Assembly: GCA_963720965.1 (NCBI GenBank)
Contig: CAVRHD010000002.1
Location: 729,017-793,016 of the forward strand
Length of the DNA stretch: 64,000 nt
Direction: 5' to 3'
Source: an uncultured Chloroflexia bacterium
GTDB taxonomy: Bacteria; Chloroflexota; Limnocylindria; Limnocylindrales; CSP1-4
Positions 1-8,681 of the stretch are shown piece by piece. Each line of letters begins with the position of its first letter. The stretch's first letter is position 1. A program made the position numbers and the translations under genes. The notes under the pieces are model-generated. The model was not told where the DNA came from. It was given only the letters and a program-made list of their open reading frames with translations, and ran no database searches.

Positions 1-1011
1 AACGAAGGCTCGGCCTGGCTGGCCCTGTCCCTGCGCCTCCTGGCGGCCCCTGGCCCCGGCGGGGCACTGGTGCCCGCAGCCGGATCCGGGGCAGGTCCGA
101 CCGACGGAATCGAGACGGTGCCGATCGAGGTTGCCCTGGCCTTCCACCCTCGGACCTTCGGGCAGCTCCTGTTCATCCGGACGATGCTCCGCCTCGATGA
201 CAGGGTCGACCGTTTCCTCGCGGCCGGGCTCACCGGGATCCTCCATGGCAAGTCGGCCAGCTACCTGTCCGAGGTGATGCCCAACACGTTCAGCATGGCC
301 CGCGGCTACGTTCGCGACTTCGTTGCCCGGACGGACTTCCACTCACCCGAGCGCGACGTGTTCGCCGGCCTGGACCTGAAGCTGAACCGGCTGTACCGCC
401 AGCCCCCGCCTGCCGCAAGCGGGATCGCCCTGCTGGGCGACGCCCGTGATGCGGGCGCTCGAGCCCGGACGGCGCTGCGGGCGCGGGCCCTGCCCGACCG
501 GGCCCGGCTCGTCGTCACGTCGCCACCGTACCTGCGCGTCGTGAAGTACGGCTACTACAACTGGATGCGGGCGTGGCTGCTCGGCGAGGACCCGGCCCGG
601 ATCGATGCCACCCTCGACGACGCACACCATCGAACCGCCTACCTCCAGTTCCTGCGGGAAGTCCTCGACGGGCTGCGGCCGGCCCTGGCCGACGATGCCG
701 TCGTGGTCCTGGTCATCGGCGACGTCGAGCGCGACCGGGGTCGGGCCCTGATCGGTGGAGTCGGACTGGCCGAGAAGGTCTGGGCCGAAGCCGCCCTGCC
801 GGCTGGCTATCGCCTGGCCGGGGTCGCCCTCGACGATGTCGCGGCGGGTCGCAAGATGACCAAGCTGTGGGGCACCGAAGCCGGACGGGCCACGAAGCTC
901 GACCGGATCCTGGTCCTCGGGGCAACCGAGGCCGGCCGACGACGAGCCATCAGCGGCGCCGGATTGCCGGTGGACTGGGACTGGCCACCACGCCGGCTGC
1001 GGGCCCTCTGA
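1..1011 (+). CDS. DNA methyltransferase-like protein (amino-MTase motif IV), possibly 5'-partial
   Basis: ORF 70..1011, with the frame open back to nt 1. LLGDARD...RLVVTSPPY is a (S/D)PPY motif IV. It is followed by YLQFLREVLDGLRPALADDAVVVLVIGD, as in beta-class N6-A/N4-C MTases. No FxGxG/DPFxGSG motif I is visible. Confidence 0.5.
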   Translation, partial: NEGSAWLALSLRLLAAPGPGGALVPAAGSGAGPTDGIETVPIEVALAFHPRTFGQLLFIRTMLRLDDRVDRFLAAGLTGILHGKSASYLSEVMPNTFSMARGYVRDFVARTDFHSPERDVFAGLDLKLNRLYRQPPPAASGIALLGDARDAGARARTALRARALPDRARLVVTSPPYLRVVKYGYYNWMRAWLLGEDPARIDATLDDAHHRTAYLQFLREVLDGLRPALADDAVVVLVIGDVERDRGRALIGGVGLAEKVWAEAALPAGYRLAGVALDDVAAGRKMTKLWGTEAGRATKLDRILVLGATEAGRRRAISGAGLPVDWDWPPRRLRAL

Positions 1012-1057
1012 CCGGCCACTCGAGCGTCGCAGCCGGCCCGACGACCGCCGCTAGAAT

Positions 1058-1291
1058 ATGGCCATGCAGGAGATGTACCACCCGTCGGACCTGGCCGCGA
1101 TGGATCCGCTCGTGCTGATGAAGAACCTCGACCATGTCCGGATGAGCAGCCGCCGGCTGAGCTACATCCTCCAGCAGCAGGTCCATCTGTACACACCCGA
1201 GGCGAACGACATCCGCGACCAGATCGATCGCTATGTCGAGGCCGAGCGCCAGATCGAAGGCGAGATGGCCCGCCGCAAGATCAGGGCCTGA
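1058..1291 (+). CDS. hypothetical small protein (77 aa)
   Basis: Charged, helical composition (EANDIRDQIDRYVEAERQIEGEMARRK), unlike the R/P/G-rich shadow ORFs around it. Family not recognised. Confidence 0.4.
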   Translation: MAMQEMYHPSDLAAMDPLVLMKNLDHVRMSSRRLSYILQQQVHLYTPEANDIRDQIDRYVEAERQIEGEMARRKIRA

Positions 1292-1390
1292 GCCGGAAGT
1301 CGCGCCGGCCCTGAATCCAGCGGCCCCCGCCAATTCGACAGGGGCCGCGCAGCCGGCTGGGGGTGGGTCGACCCCGTCAGTGGTCGCCCG

Positions 1391-1684
1391 TCAGTTGGTC
1401 GCCACCGGTATCGGGACCGCGGCGGACGGACGTCGGTCGGATTCCTCCCTGGCAACATCCGCGGCCACTCGGGCGAGGGCCGGCGTCTCGAACAACGAGA
1501 AGCCGATGCCGTGCTCGGAGAGCTCCGCCACTCCCCAGCCCTGGTATAGCCCGCGGTTCGCAACTGCGCACATCTCGTCATAGAGCTCCGGCCAGCCGAC
1601 CCTCCGCCGGCGGTAGCAGAAGCGCACGAATTCGATCGCCTCCGGGGACAGCGGTACCGGGGCAGGCGTGCGCGAATCAGGCAA
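1391..1684 (-). CDS. hypothetical protein (97 aa)
   Basis: Balanced composition (EFVRFCYRRRRVGWPELYDEMCAV...HGIGFSLFETP). Family not recognised. Confidence 0.45.
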   Translation of the reverse strand: MPDSRTPAPVPLSPEAIEFVRFCYRRRRVGWPELYDEMCAVANRGLYQGWGVAELSEHGIGFSLFETPALARVAADVAREESDRRPSAAVPIPVATN

Positions 1685-1906
1685 AAGAGAGCCCTCCTCC
1701 TCTCGCGTCGACTGGGCGCGCTCGACCGCGGAAGCGGGCGGTCTGGCCGCATGAATCGGGGTGCCGGGGACCCCCTCCCGGGGTCCCTCAGCCCGTCCCC
1801 CAATGATAGGCCGCGGCCCGGATCGCGGGCAGGGGGTTTGTCCACGATCTCGTCCACCAAGTTGTCCACAGCCGCGAGGGTCGCCTGCGACCGGTCGGCG
1901 AGGCGT

Positions 1907-2971
1907 TCAATCCGGCCGTCGACCGATGCCCAGGCCGGGCGCATTGGTCAGCAGCCAGCGGCAGTCGGGGCCAAGCTCGAGCCCTTCGAAGGGATCGCCC
2001 GAGATCAGGAGGCAGCCGTCCAGGTCGATCCAGTCGGCCAGGCTGGCGACATTGGCCGAGGCGGCGATCCCCAGCGATGTCTCCTCCATACACCCGAGGA
2101 ACGTCCGGAATCCGAGCTCGCGGGCGCGAGCCAGCATCCGCCCGGCCGGTCCCGGTCCACCGCACTTGGCCAGCTTGACGTTGACGCCGTCGACGACGCC
2201 GACGAGCCCATCAAGGTCGTCGATCGTGACCGCGCTTTCGTCGGCCACGAGGGGCAGCTCCGAGCGGGCCTGGAGCCAGCCAAGCTGATCGAGGCGGTGG
2301 GCCGGGAAGGGCTGCTCGATCAGCTCTACCCCGAGCCGGACGAGGTCGGGGATGAGCGCGGCGCCCTGCTCCGGGGTCCAGCCCGTGTTGGCATCAATCC
2401 GGATCGGGCCGGTGAACACCCGTCGGACAGCCTCGAGCGTCTGGAGGTCGGCCGGTCCACCGACCTTGATCTTGAGGGCCGGGAAGTGGCTCGCCCGGGC
2501 AGCCCGTTCGGCCACGACCTCGGGTTCGTCCAGTCCGAGCGTGAAATCGGTCGGGCCGATCGCCGGCGACAGGCCGAGGAGCTGGTGAACGGGCAGGCCA
2601 AGGTGCTTGCCGACGAGATCGTGCAAGGCGGTGTCGAGGGCGCACTTGGCTGCCCCATGGTTGGCGATCGCAGCGTTGAATCGGTCGCCGGCCGTTTCCA
2701 GAAAGCCCCCGGCCTCCGCCACCGTGACGGCCTCGAGCTCGTCCGGAACGATCGTCGCCAGCAGGAGCGGCAGGACGACCCGGATGGTCTCGAGCGTCTC
2801 GCCGTAGTACGCATCGGGATAGCCTTCGCCCAGGCCGACCAGGCCGGGCCAGCCCGGGTGGCGCAGCTCGACGATCGCCGAGCTCATCCCGCCGGCGCCG
2901 TGCGCCCGCGCGATCCGGAAGGGCTCCCGATAGGGCAGCCGGACGATGTCGACGGCGAGATCCAGGCTCAT
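1907..2971 (-). CDS. enolase-superfamily dipeptide epimerase / N-acylamino-acid racemase-like protein
   Basis: MLE/MR-type signatures: ALKIKVGG, IRIDANTGW, ELIEQPF, LVADES, VNVKLAKCGG. The internal ATG at 2971 forms an ATGA overlap with the stop of the upstream DUF1611 gene. Confidence 0.8.
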   Translation of the reverse strand: MSLDLAVDIVRLPYREPFRIARAHGAGGMSSAIVELRHPGWPGLVGLGEGYPDAYYGETLETIRVVLPLLLATIVPDELEAVTVAEAGGFLETAGDRFNAAIANHGAAKCALDTALHDLVGKHLGLPVHQLLGLSPAIGPTDFTLGLDEPEVVAERAARASHFPALKIKVGGPADLQTLEAVRRVFTGPIRIDANTGWTPEQGAALIPDLVRLGVELIEQPFPAHRLDQLGWLQARSELPLVADESAVTIDDLDGLVGVVDGVNVKLAKCGGPGPAGRMLARARELGFRTFLGCMEETSLGIAASANVASLADWIDLDGCLLISGDPFEGLELGPDCRWLLTNAPGLGIGRRPD

Positions 2972-4086
2972 GGCCGGACGGTCGTCGGCCCCGCCGAAAG
3001 CGATTCCACGCCGGCCTGGATCCCGGCCCACAGGGCGGTCGGTCCGAAGCGAACCGGGTCATCCACCGGCAGCCCGGTCTGGGCCGCGGTCTCCGCGATC
3101 AGCCGGCGAGCCTCGGCCTCGTCCGGCACGAGCGAGGTGTTCAGGGCGATCGCCACGACCTTCGACGGTGCCACGATGCCGGCGACCTGCTCGTGCAGGC
3201 GAATGAACTCGGACAGCGGTTGGAGGGGGAACTCCTTGCCGGCCACGTGGTCCCAGTCGTGCTCGGCCAGGCCGGGCTTGTGGACCATCACCATCGCCTG
3301 GGGGGTCGTCCCGTGGATCAGGCTCAGGGTCACCGCGCTGTAGGCCGGATGATCGAGTGCGCCCTGGCCCTCGACGATGATCCAGTCACCCTTGCCCTCG
3401 GCCTGCTCGACGAGCCATTCGCAGGTCCCGTTGGAAAAATCGCTGATCACCCGATCGACCGCAACGCCCCAGCCGTCGATCATCATGCCGGTCTGCCCGG
3501 TGGGCACGAAGACCGCCGCCAGGCCGGCCTCCAGGGCGGCTCGCCGGAGCTCGAGGGCCACGCTCATCTTGCCGATCGCGCAGTCGGTTCCTACGGTCAG
3601 GATCACGTGCTTGCCTGGGCCGTGGCCGCGACCGACGGCCGTCTCCTCGCGGGCCGGCGGTCGCCGGTAGTCGATGATCTCGACTCCGGCCTGGCGCGCC
3701 GCGGCGGCGAGCTCCGGGTCGTCGCCGAGCAGCGTGTGGAGGCCCGACAGGATGTCCAGGCCGGCCCCGATCGCGTCCATGATCGTCCGCCGCCAGGCGG
3801 CCGGCAGCTTGCCGCCGGTCGGCGCGATCCCGATCAGCAGGGCCGTCGGGACGCCCCGGCTCGGTCCGAGGGCCAGGGCCTCCGCCAGCGAGGCGACGAT
3901 CGGGATGTCAAAGCGGGGCCGCTCGTCGAACCATTCCCGGACGTTTCGGCCGGTGTTGGCCGAGTCGATCACGGCGACGATCGGATCCGGGCCGTAGCGG
4001 ATCACGCCCATCGCGGTCTTGCCGTCGTGGGGCCCGAAATGGCCCTCAGCCAGGATGATCAGGCGACGGGCTGCCGGCTCGGTCAC
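2968..4086 (-). CDS. DUF1611-family protein (DgcN-like putative N-acetyltransferase)
   Basis: Pattern typical of DUF1611: LIILAEGHFG..GKTAMGVIRY, ILTVGTDCAIGKMSVALEL, FVPTGQTGMMI. Translationally coupled to the epimerase gene. Confidence 0.7.
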   Translation of the reverse strand: MTEPAARRLIILAEGHFGPHDGKTAMGVIRYGPDPIVAVIDSANTGRNVREWFDERPRFDIPIVASLAEALALGPSRGVPTALLIGIAPTGGKLPAAWRRTIMDAIGAGLDILSGLHTLLGDDPELAAAARQAGVEIIDYRRPPAREETAVGRGHGPGKHVILTVGTDCAIGKMSVALELRRAALEAGLAAVFVPTGQTGMMIDGWGVAVDRVISDFSNGTCEWLVEQAEGKGDWIIVEGQGALDHPAYSAVTLSLIHGTTPQAMVMVHKPGLAEHDWDHVAGKEFPLQPLSEFIRLHEQVAGIVAPSKVVAIALNTSLVPDEAEARRLIAETAAQTGLPVDDPVRFGPTALWAGIQAGVESLSAGPTTVRP

Positions 4087-4128
4087 TGGGCCTCCCTGGA
4101 CGGTCTGCCAGCCCCAGCACCACGTCGC

Positions 4129-4205
4129 TGGTACCGCATACCGGATTCGAACCGGTGATCTCCGCCTTGAGAGGGCGGTGTCCTGGGCCTCTAGACGAAT
4201 GCGGC
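4129..4205 (-). tRNA. tRNA-Glu (anticodon CUC)
   Basis: The reverse complement GCCGCATTCGTCTAGAGGCCCAGGACACCGCCCTCTCAAGGCGGAGATCACCGGTTCGAATCCGGTATGCGGTACCA folds as a cloverleaf. Anticodon loop is CTCTCAA, T-loop is GGTTCGAATCC, and CCA is encoded. D-arm and anticodon stem are near-identical to the canonical bacterial tRNA-Glu. Confidence 0.93.
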
Positions 4206-4260
4206 AGGTCGGCCGGTGGCGTCGAGCGCCGGACCGGCCGGAATGATACCAGCCCGGACC

Positions 4261-5145
4261 CTACAGCCGGTTCGCCTCGAGGAACGTCCGGATCGTCTCG
4301 GCGACCTGGAGATGGCTCGTCTCACCCAGGATCAGGCCGTAGTGGGAGTGCGCTCCGAAGGGCTCGTAATCGGCCGCCAGCCACTCCGCCAGGCGCTCGC
4401 TGGATGTCTCCGGGACGTATCGATCGAGGCCGGCCCCGATGACCAGGGTGGGAATGCCGGCCAGGCGGGCCTGCTCGATCGGCACGCCCGCGATCACCTG
4501 GCGGCGGGCCGCTCCCGATTCGTGCGGCTTCTGGCCGAGCAGGTGCTGGATCCGCAGGATGTCGGCCAGGGCGAGGTCGCGATGGTCGCGCTGGAGCCGT
4601 TCGGGCAGGGTCTCCCAGCCCAGCACATCGCGGCCGTACACGTCGGGGACCTCGCGCAGCTCGTGGGCATGGGCCGGATCGCGCAGCTCGCGGGGCAGCT
4701 CGGAGGACAGCAGGACCAGCCCGCCGACCGGGCGGCGCTCGACCGCCTTGAGGGCCAGCAGGCCGCCCATCCCGTGGCCGACGACCACGACCGAGTCGCC
4801 CAGCCGCTCGATTGCCTCGAGCACGTCCTCGGTGTAGCTGTCGAACGTGAGGGTCGTGGGGTCGGCCGTCTGGGACCAGAAGTGGTTGCGCAGGTTCAGG
4901 GCATGGCCCTCCCAGCCGCGCGCCGCGAAGTACTGGAGGTGGCGCTCCCAGACCCACGAGCCGGCGAGCTCGCCATGGACGAACAGCAGGGGTCGCCGCC
5001 GGGAGCGCCGTTCGGGCAGCCACGATTCGACATAGATTCCCCGCTCGCTGAGCTCGATCTCGTCCTTGCGGACGGGCCGGGTCGGAACGGGCGGTGCGAT
5101 CGGACGGGTGCCGGTCGAGGTGTCGGTCATCGTTTCACCATTCAT
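4261..5145 (-). CDS. alpha/beta-hydrolase-fold protein with Gly at the nucleophile position
   Basis: LLFVHGELAGSWVW and the nucleophile elbow VVVVGHGMGGLLAL (expected GHSMGG). The Gly codon GGG was confirmed on the DNA. Confidence 0.7.
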   Translation of the reverse strand: MNGETMTDTSTGTRPIAPPVPTRPVRKDEIELSERGIYVESWLPERRSRRRPLLFVHGELAGSWVWERHLQYFAARGWEGHALNLRNHFWSQTADPTTLTFDSYTEDVLEAIERLGDSVVVVGHGMGGLLALKAVERRPVGGLVLLSSELPRELRDPAHAHELREVPDVYGRDVLGWETLPERLQRDHRDLALADILRIQHLLGQKPHESGAARRQVIAGVPIEQARLAGIPTLVIGAGLDRYVPETSSERLAEWLAADYEPFGAHSHYGLILGETSHLQVAETIRTFLEANRL

Positions 5146-5986
5146 GGGGATTGATCAGCAGTCCGGTCGCCGGCCTCGGCGGGCTGGCGGCGTCATCGGC
5201 TGATTCGAGGAACAGGGTCAGGATGTAGTCGAAGGCCGGGTCCTCTTCGCACGAGCGGCTCATTCGCCGCTCGTCCCGGTATCGAAGGGCCGATTTATAG
5301 CGCTCGGAGCTGTCATCGACGGTGATCGGACCGGCGGCGACCGCGGCGATCAGCGTCATCACACGCTCGGCATCCGGGCCCTCGGCAACCAGCGCCCACA
5401 GCCGGTGCCCGACGCCATTGTCGTCGGTCAGGTCAATGAGCGGATTGGTCCGGGCCGTCTCGGCCAGGACGCTCGCGGCCTGCCCGCTGGGATCGACATA
5501 GCGCCCGATGATCGGGCTGGTGTTGACGCCCGTGGCCCGCAGCAGCTTGTAGCGATCGTCGCGCGGCTGGGCCGGAGCGGGCTGGGCCGTGCGAATCGCG
5601 GAATTGGGTGCCAGCGGCTCGAGCCGGAGCCGGCCGAAGAACCCCCGGCTCACCCGATCACTGCCGCCCAGCTGGCCAGGTTGGACCTGCTCGTAGGGAT
5701 AGAGGGAGGGCCTGGGGTCCTTCCGGAACGTGCCGTCGGAACGCCACGCGGCGAATGTCCGTGCGGCCCGCCGATATTGATCGTCCGGCTCGTCGCCCTG
5801 GACCGCGGTCGGCAGATCGATCCGGACGGCATTCTTCGGGTGGCGGGCGAGCAGCTCGGTCGCCTGCTCCCGGTCGATCGCGTCGTACGGCGGGCTGACC
5901 ACGGCGGCGAGGTCGCCCACGACGTCCGGCTCGTAGCGCAGGGCGCGAAATGGTCGGACTTCTGGCACTGGATCCTCGATTGGCAC
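5135..5986 (-). CDS. DUF1015-like protein, short and with degenerate core motifs
   Basis: A GTG start at 5986 gives VPIEDPVPEVRPFRALRYEPD...VVSPPYD, a typical DUF1015 N-terminus. The expected DGHHR is replaced by DDSSER. The protein ends at GLLINPHEW, where family members continue. The 418-aa track ORF extension was rejected. Confidence 0.6.
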   Translation of the reverse strand: MPIEDPVPEVRPFRALRYEPDVVGDLAAVVSPPYDAIDREQATELLARHPKNAVRIDLPTAVQGDEPDDQYRRAARTFAAWRSDGTFRKDPRPSLYPYEQVQPGQLGGSDRVSRGFFGRLRLEPLAPNSAIRTAQPAPAQPRDDRYKLLRATGVNTSPIIGRYVDPSGQAASVLAETARTNPLIDLTDDNGVGHRLWALVAEGPDAERVMTLIAAVAAGPITVDDSSERYKSALRYRDERRMSRSCEEDPAFDYILTLFLESADDAASPPRPATGLLINPHEW

Positions 5987-6119
5987 TCGGCGAGCGGACC
6001 AGGCGAACGGCTCAGCGAGCGGGTGCCGGGGCAGCCCAATCGTACGATATGAGGGCCCATTCGTGGACCGCGGGTCCCGCCCGACGGCAGCCCCGGGGAA
6101 CCGGTGGTAGCCTCGATCC

Positions 6120-6626
6120 ATGCCCCGGCTGGTGTCACGGCACTTCGCGCTGCTCGCAACGGTCGCCGGGCTCAGCCTGGCCCTGGCCGGCTGCGGCACG
6201 AAGACGGCCGACCTGCCCTCGCCCAGTCCGGCCAACTTCCCGGGAATCGTGTCGGCCCTGGCCGATGCCGGGATCACCGTCAGCCAGGAAGTCTCGGGCG
6301 ATGCCGGCTGCAACGACGCGAAGCTTGTGCCAACCGCGATCGGCTTCACCGCCACCGGCCTGGACCAGGCGGCGCCGGTCCGGATCCACATCTACATCTT
6401 CGCCGACTCCGCGACCTGGAGCCGCCTGTCGATCGAGGTCGCGACCTGCGCCCAGAGCTTCGTCACCGACCCGTCAACCTATGAGTCGGTGGGTCCGTCG
6501 CCCTACATCGCGACCGGCCAGGGCCCCTGGGCGAGCCAGTTCAAGGCCAAGCTCACGGATGTCCTGACGACCTCGGCCGGCGACGGCGGCAACGGCAGTG
6601 ATGGGGGCGGGGGCGGAAACCCCTAG
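6120..6626 (+). CDS. lipoprotein (hypothetical)
   Basis: Signal peptide with lipobox LALAGC, and a Gly-rich C-terminus. Confidence 0.65.
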   Translation: MPRLVSRHFALLATVAGLSLALAGCGTKTADLPSPSPANFPGIVSALADAGITVSQEVSGDAGCNDAKLVPTAIGFTATGLDQAAPVRIHIYIFADSATWSRLSIEVATCAQSFVTDPSTYESVGPSPYIATGQGPWASQFKAKLTDVLTTSAGDGGNGSDGGGGGNP

Positions 6627-7810
6627 ACGACCCGCAGGTCGAGGATCCGCCGGGCAATCACGAGCCGCTGGATCTGGCTGGTGCCCTCGCCGATCTCGGT
6701 CAGCTTGGCGTCCCGGAGATAGCGTTCGACCTTGTACTCCTCGACGTAGCCGTAGCCGCCGTGGACCTGGATCGCGGCGTTGGTGGCCCGGGCACTGACC
6801 TCCGAGGCAAACAGCTTGGCCTGGGCGGCGGCAAGGGCGTACTCCCGGCCCTGGTCCTTGAGCCAGGCCGCTCGCCAGACCAGCTGCCGGGCCGCTTCGA
6901 TCTCGGTGGCCATGTCCGCGATCATGAACGCGACGCCCTGGAACGTGCCGATCGGCCGGCCGAACTGGCGCCGGCTGCGGGCGTACGGGATCGATGCATC
7001 AAGGGCTGCCTGGGCCAGGCCGACGGCCAGGGCACCGATGCTGATCCGACCGCCATCGAGGGTCTTGAGCGCGATGTGGAAGCCACCGCCCCGCTCCCCG
7101 AGCAGGTTCGCGGCAGGAACCCGGGCACCCTCGAGGATCAGCTCGCCGGTGGCCGACGCGTGCAGGCCCATCTTCTCCTCGAGCCGGCCAATGCTGAACC
7201 CGGGCGTGTCGGCCGGGACGATGAACGCGCTGATCTCGGCCGAGTCATCGCCGTCGCGGCCGGCCGGGGCCGGTCGAGTGCCGGTTCGGGCTGTGATGAT
7301 GTACGTCCCAGCCTGACCGGCGTTGGTGATGAATCGCTTGCCGCCGTCGAGGACCCACGAGCCACCATCGGGGCCGTCTTCGAAGCGGGCCGTCGTCCGG
7401 GTCCCACCCGAATCGGACCCTGCCCCGGGCTCGGTCAGGCCGTAGGCGCCAATGACCCGACCCTCGGCCATCGGAACGAGGTAGCGCGACTTCTGCTCGC
7501 TCGTGCCCGACGCGTGGAGTGGTCCGCAGCCGAGGCTGGTATGGGCCGCGACGATCAGGCCGAGCGAGCCCCACACGCGGCCGATCTCCTCGACCGCGAT
7601 GGCGTAGGCCAGGGTATCGAGGCCCGCCCCGCCTTCCGCCTCGGGAAACGGGATCCCCAACCAGCCCATCGTGCCGAGCCGATCGACGATATCCCTGGGG
7701 AAGCGCCGTGCCCGCTCATGCTCGTCGACGGCCGGAGCGACCTCGGCGAGCATGAACTCCCGGATCGTGTCCCGGAGCAGGACGTGCTCGGGAGCGAGGT
7801 CGAGGTCCAC
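6623..7810 (-). CDS. acyl-CoA dehydrogenase
   Basis: A GTG start at 7810 gives VDLDLAPEHVLLRDTIREF. Further ACAD signatures: GLTEPGAGSD, RFITNAG, and a C-terminal QVHGGYGYVEEYKVERYLRDAKLTEIGEGTSQIQR. Confidence 0.9.
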   Translation of the reverse strand: MDLDLAPEHVLLRDTIREFMLAEVAPAVDEHERARRFPRDIVDRLGTMGWLGIPFPEAEGGAGLDTLAYAIAVEEIGRVWGSLGLIVAAHTSLGCGPLHASGTSEQKSRYLVPMAEGRVIGAYGLTEPGAGSDSGGTRTTARFEDGPDGGSWVLDGGKRFITNAGQAGTYIITARTGTRPAPAGRDGDDSAEISAFIVPADTPGFSIGRLEEKMGLHASATGELILEGARVPAANLLGERGGGFHIALKTLDGGRISIGALAVGLAQAALDASIPYARSRRQFGRPIGTFQGVAFMIADMATEIEAARQLVWRAAWLKDQGREYALAAAQAKLFASEVSARATNAAIQVHGGYGYVEEYKVERYLRDAKLTEIGEGTSQIQRLVIARRILDLRVV

Positions 7811-7898
7811 GCCCGGAGGGTACACCGGAGGGACCCCGCGGCGGGCTCGCTGGGCGGGCTCACAGCGCGTCCGGCGGGCCTCTGCTAGCCTCCACGTG

Positions 7899-8630
7899 AT
7901 GGGTGGCCCACAACCCGCAGCTCCGCAGCCGGCCGAGCCAAGTGCACCGTTCAGCCATGCCGCCGACAGCGTCGGCAGCTCGCACGATGGCCACGCCCCG
8001 ACCCTCCGGCGCGAGCTCGTGGTGGCCCTCCGCACGGCCGGTCCGAGCTCGCCGGACCAGCTCGCAGCGCTCGTCGGGGCGAGCCGCACGGGCGTCCTCC
8101 AGCAGCTCCGTGTTCTCGAGACCGACGGGCTCGTCTCGCGCCGGACAGAGCGCCACGGCGTCGGACGGCCGCGCCACCTGTACGACGTGACCGCCAGCGC
8201 ACAGCAGCTCTTCCCGGCCAACTACGACGGCCTGGCCGCCGGCCTGATCGCGGCGATCGATTCGATCGGCGGACGCGAGCTGGTCGACCGGGTGTTCACG
8301 ACCCGGCGCGCCCAGACGGCCGAGCGAATCCGGCGCCGGCTCGACGAGAGCGTGGGCGACCAGGCGCCGTTCCTCGATCGGGTCCGGGAGCTCGCCGTGA
8401 TCCAGGACGAGCAGGGCTACCTGTGCGGCGCGGAGCTGTCGGCCGATGGCACGATCCGCCTGCGCGAGCACAACTGCGCGATCTTCCACGTCGCCAACGA
8501 GGATCCGGCGGCATGCGAGGCGGAGCTCGAGCTGTTCCGCGACGTGCTTGACGCGGACATCACTCGCGAGACCCACATCGCTTCAGGCGATCGCTGCTGC
8601 ACCTACCGAATCAGCGCCCGCCCCGACTGA
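7899..8630 (+). CDS. winged-helix (ArsR-like) transcriptional regulator with Cys-containing C-terminal domain
   Basis: ATG at 7899. wHTH segment SPDQLAALVGASRTGVLQQLRVLETDGLV. Divergent from the acyl-CoA dehydrogenase gene. Confidence 0.6.
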   Translation: MGGPQPAAPQPAEPSAPFSHAADSVGSSHDGHAPTLRRELVVALRTAGPSSPDQLAALVGASRTGVLQQLRVLETDGLVSRRTERHGVGRPRHLYDVTASAQQLFPANYDGLAAGLIAAIDSIGGRELVDRVFTTRRAQTAERIRRRLDESVGDQAPFLDRVRELAVIQDEQGYLCGAELSADGTIRLREHNCAIFHVANEDPAACEAELELFRDVLDADITRETHIASGDRCCTYRISARPD

Positions 8631-8681
8631 GGGGAGCCCGGCGGAGCGGCCGCACGTCGTAAGGCGGCCCCGGGCGGCGCG

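Noticed and set aside
1751-3343. 530-aa plus-strand ORF overlapping the epimerase and DUF1611 genes. Similar long shadow ORFs occur at 9863..11797, 17575..19155, 21886..23601, 22898..24205, 54640..55410 and 58735..60309.
   Set aside because: Their R/P/G/A-dominated composition is typical of out-of-frame or antisense reading of GC-rich coding DNA. Each lies opposite or out of frame to an ORF with clear family motifs.
5987-6391. Upstream extensions of track ORFs: 5135..6391, 6623..8221, 10646..12064, 7671..8630, 36448..39477 and 16329..17471.
   Set aside because: The extensions overlap neighbouring genes and have shadow-ORF composition. Internal ATG/GTG starts match the conserved N-termini of the families.
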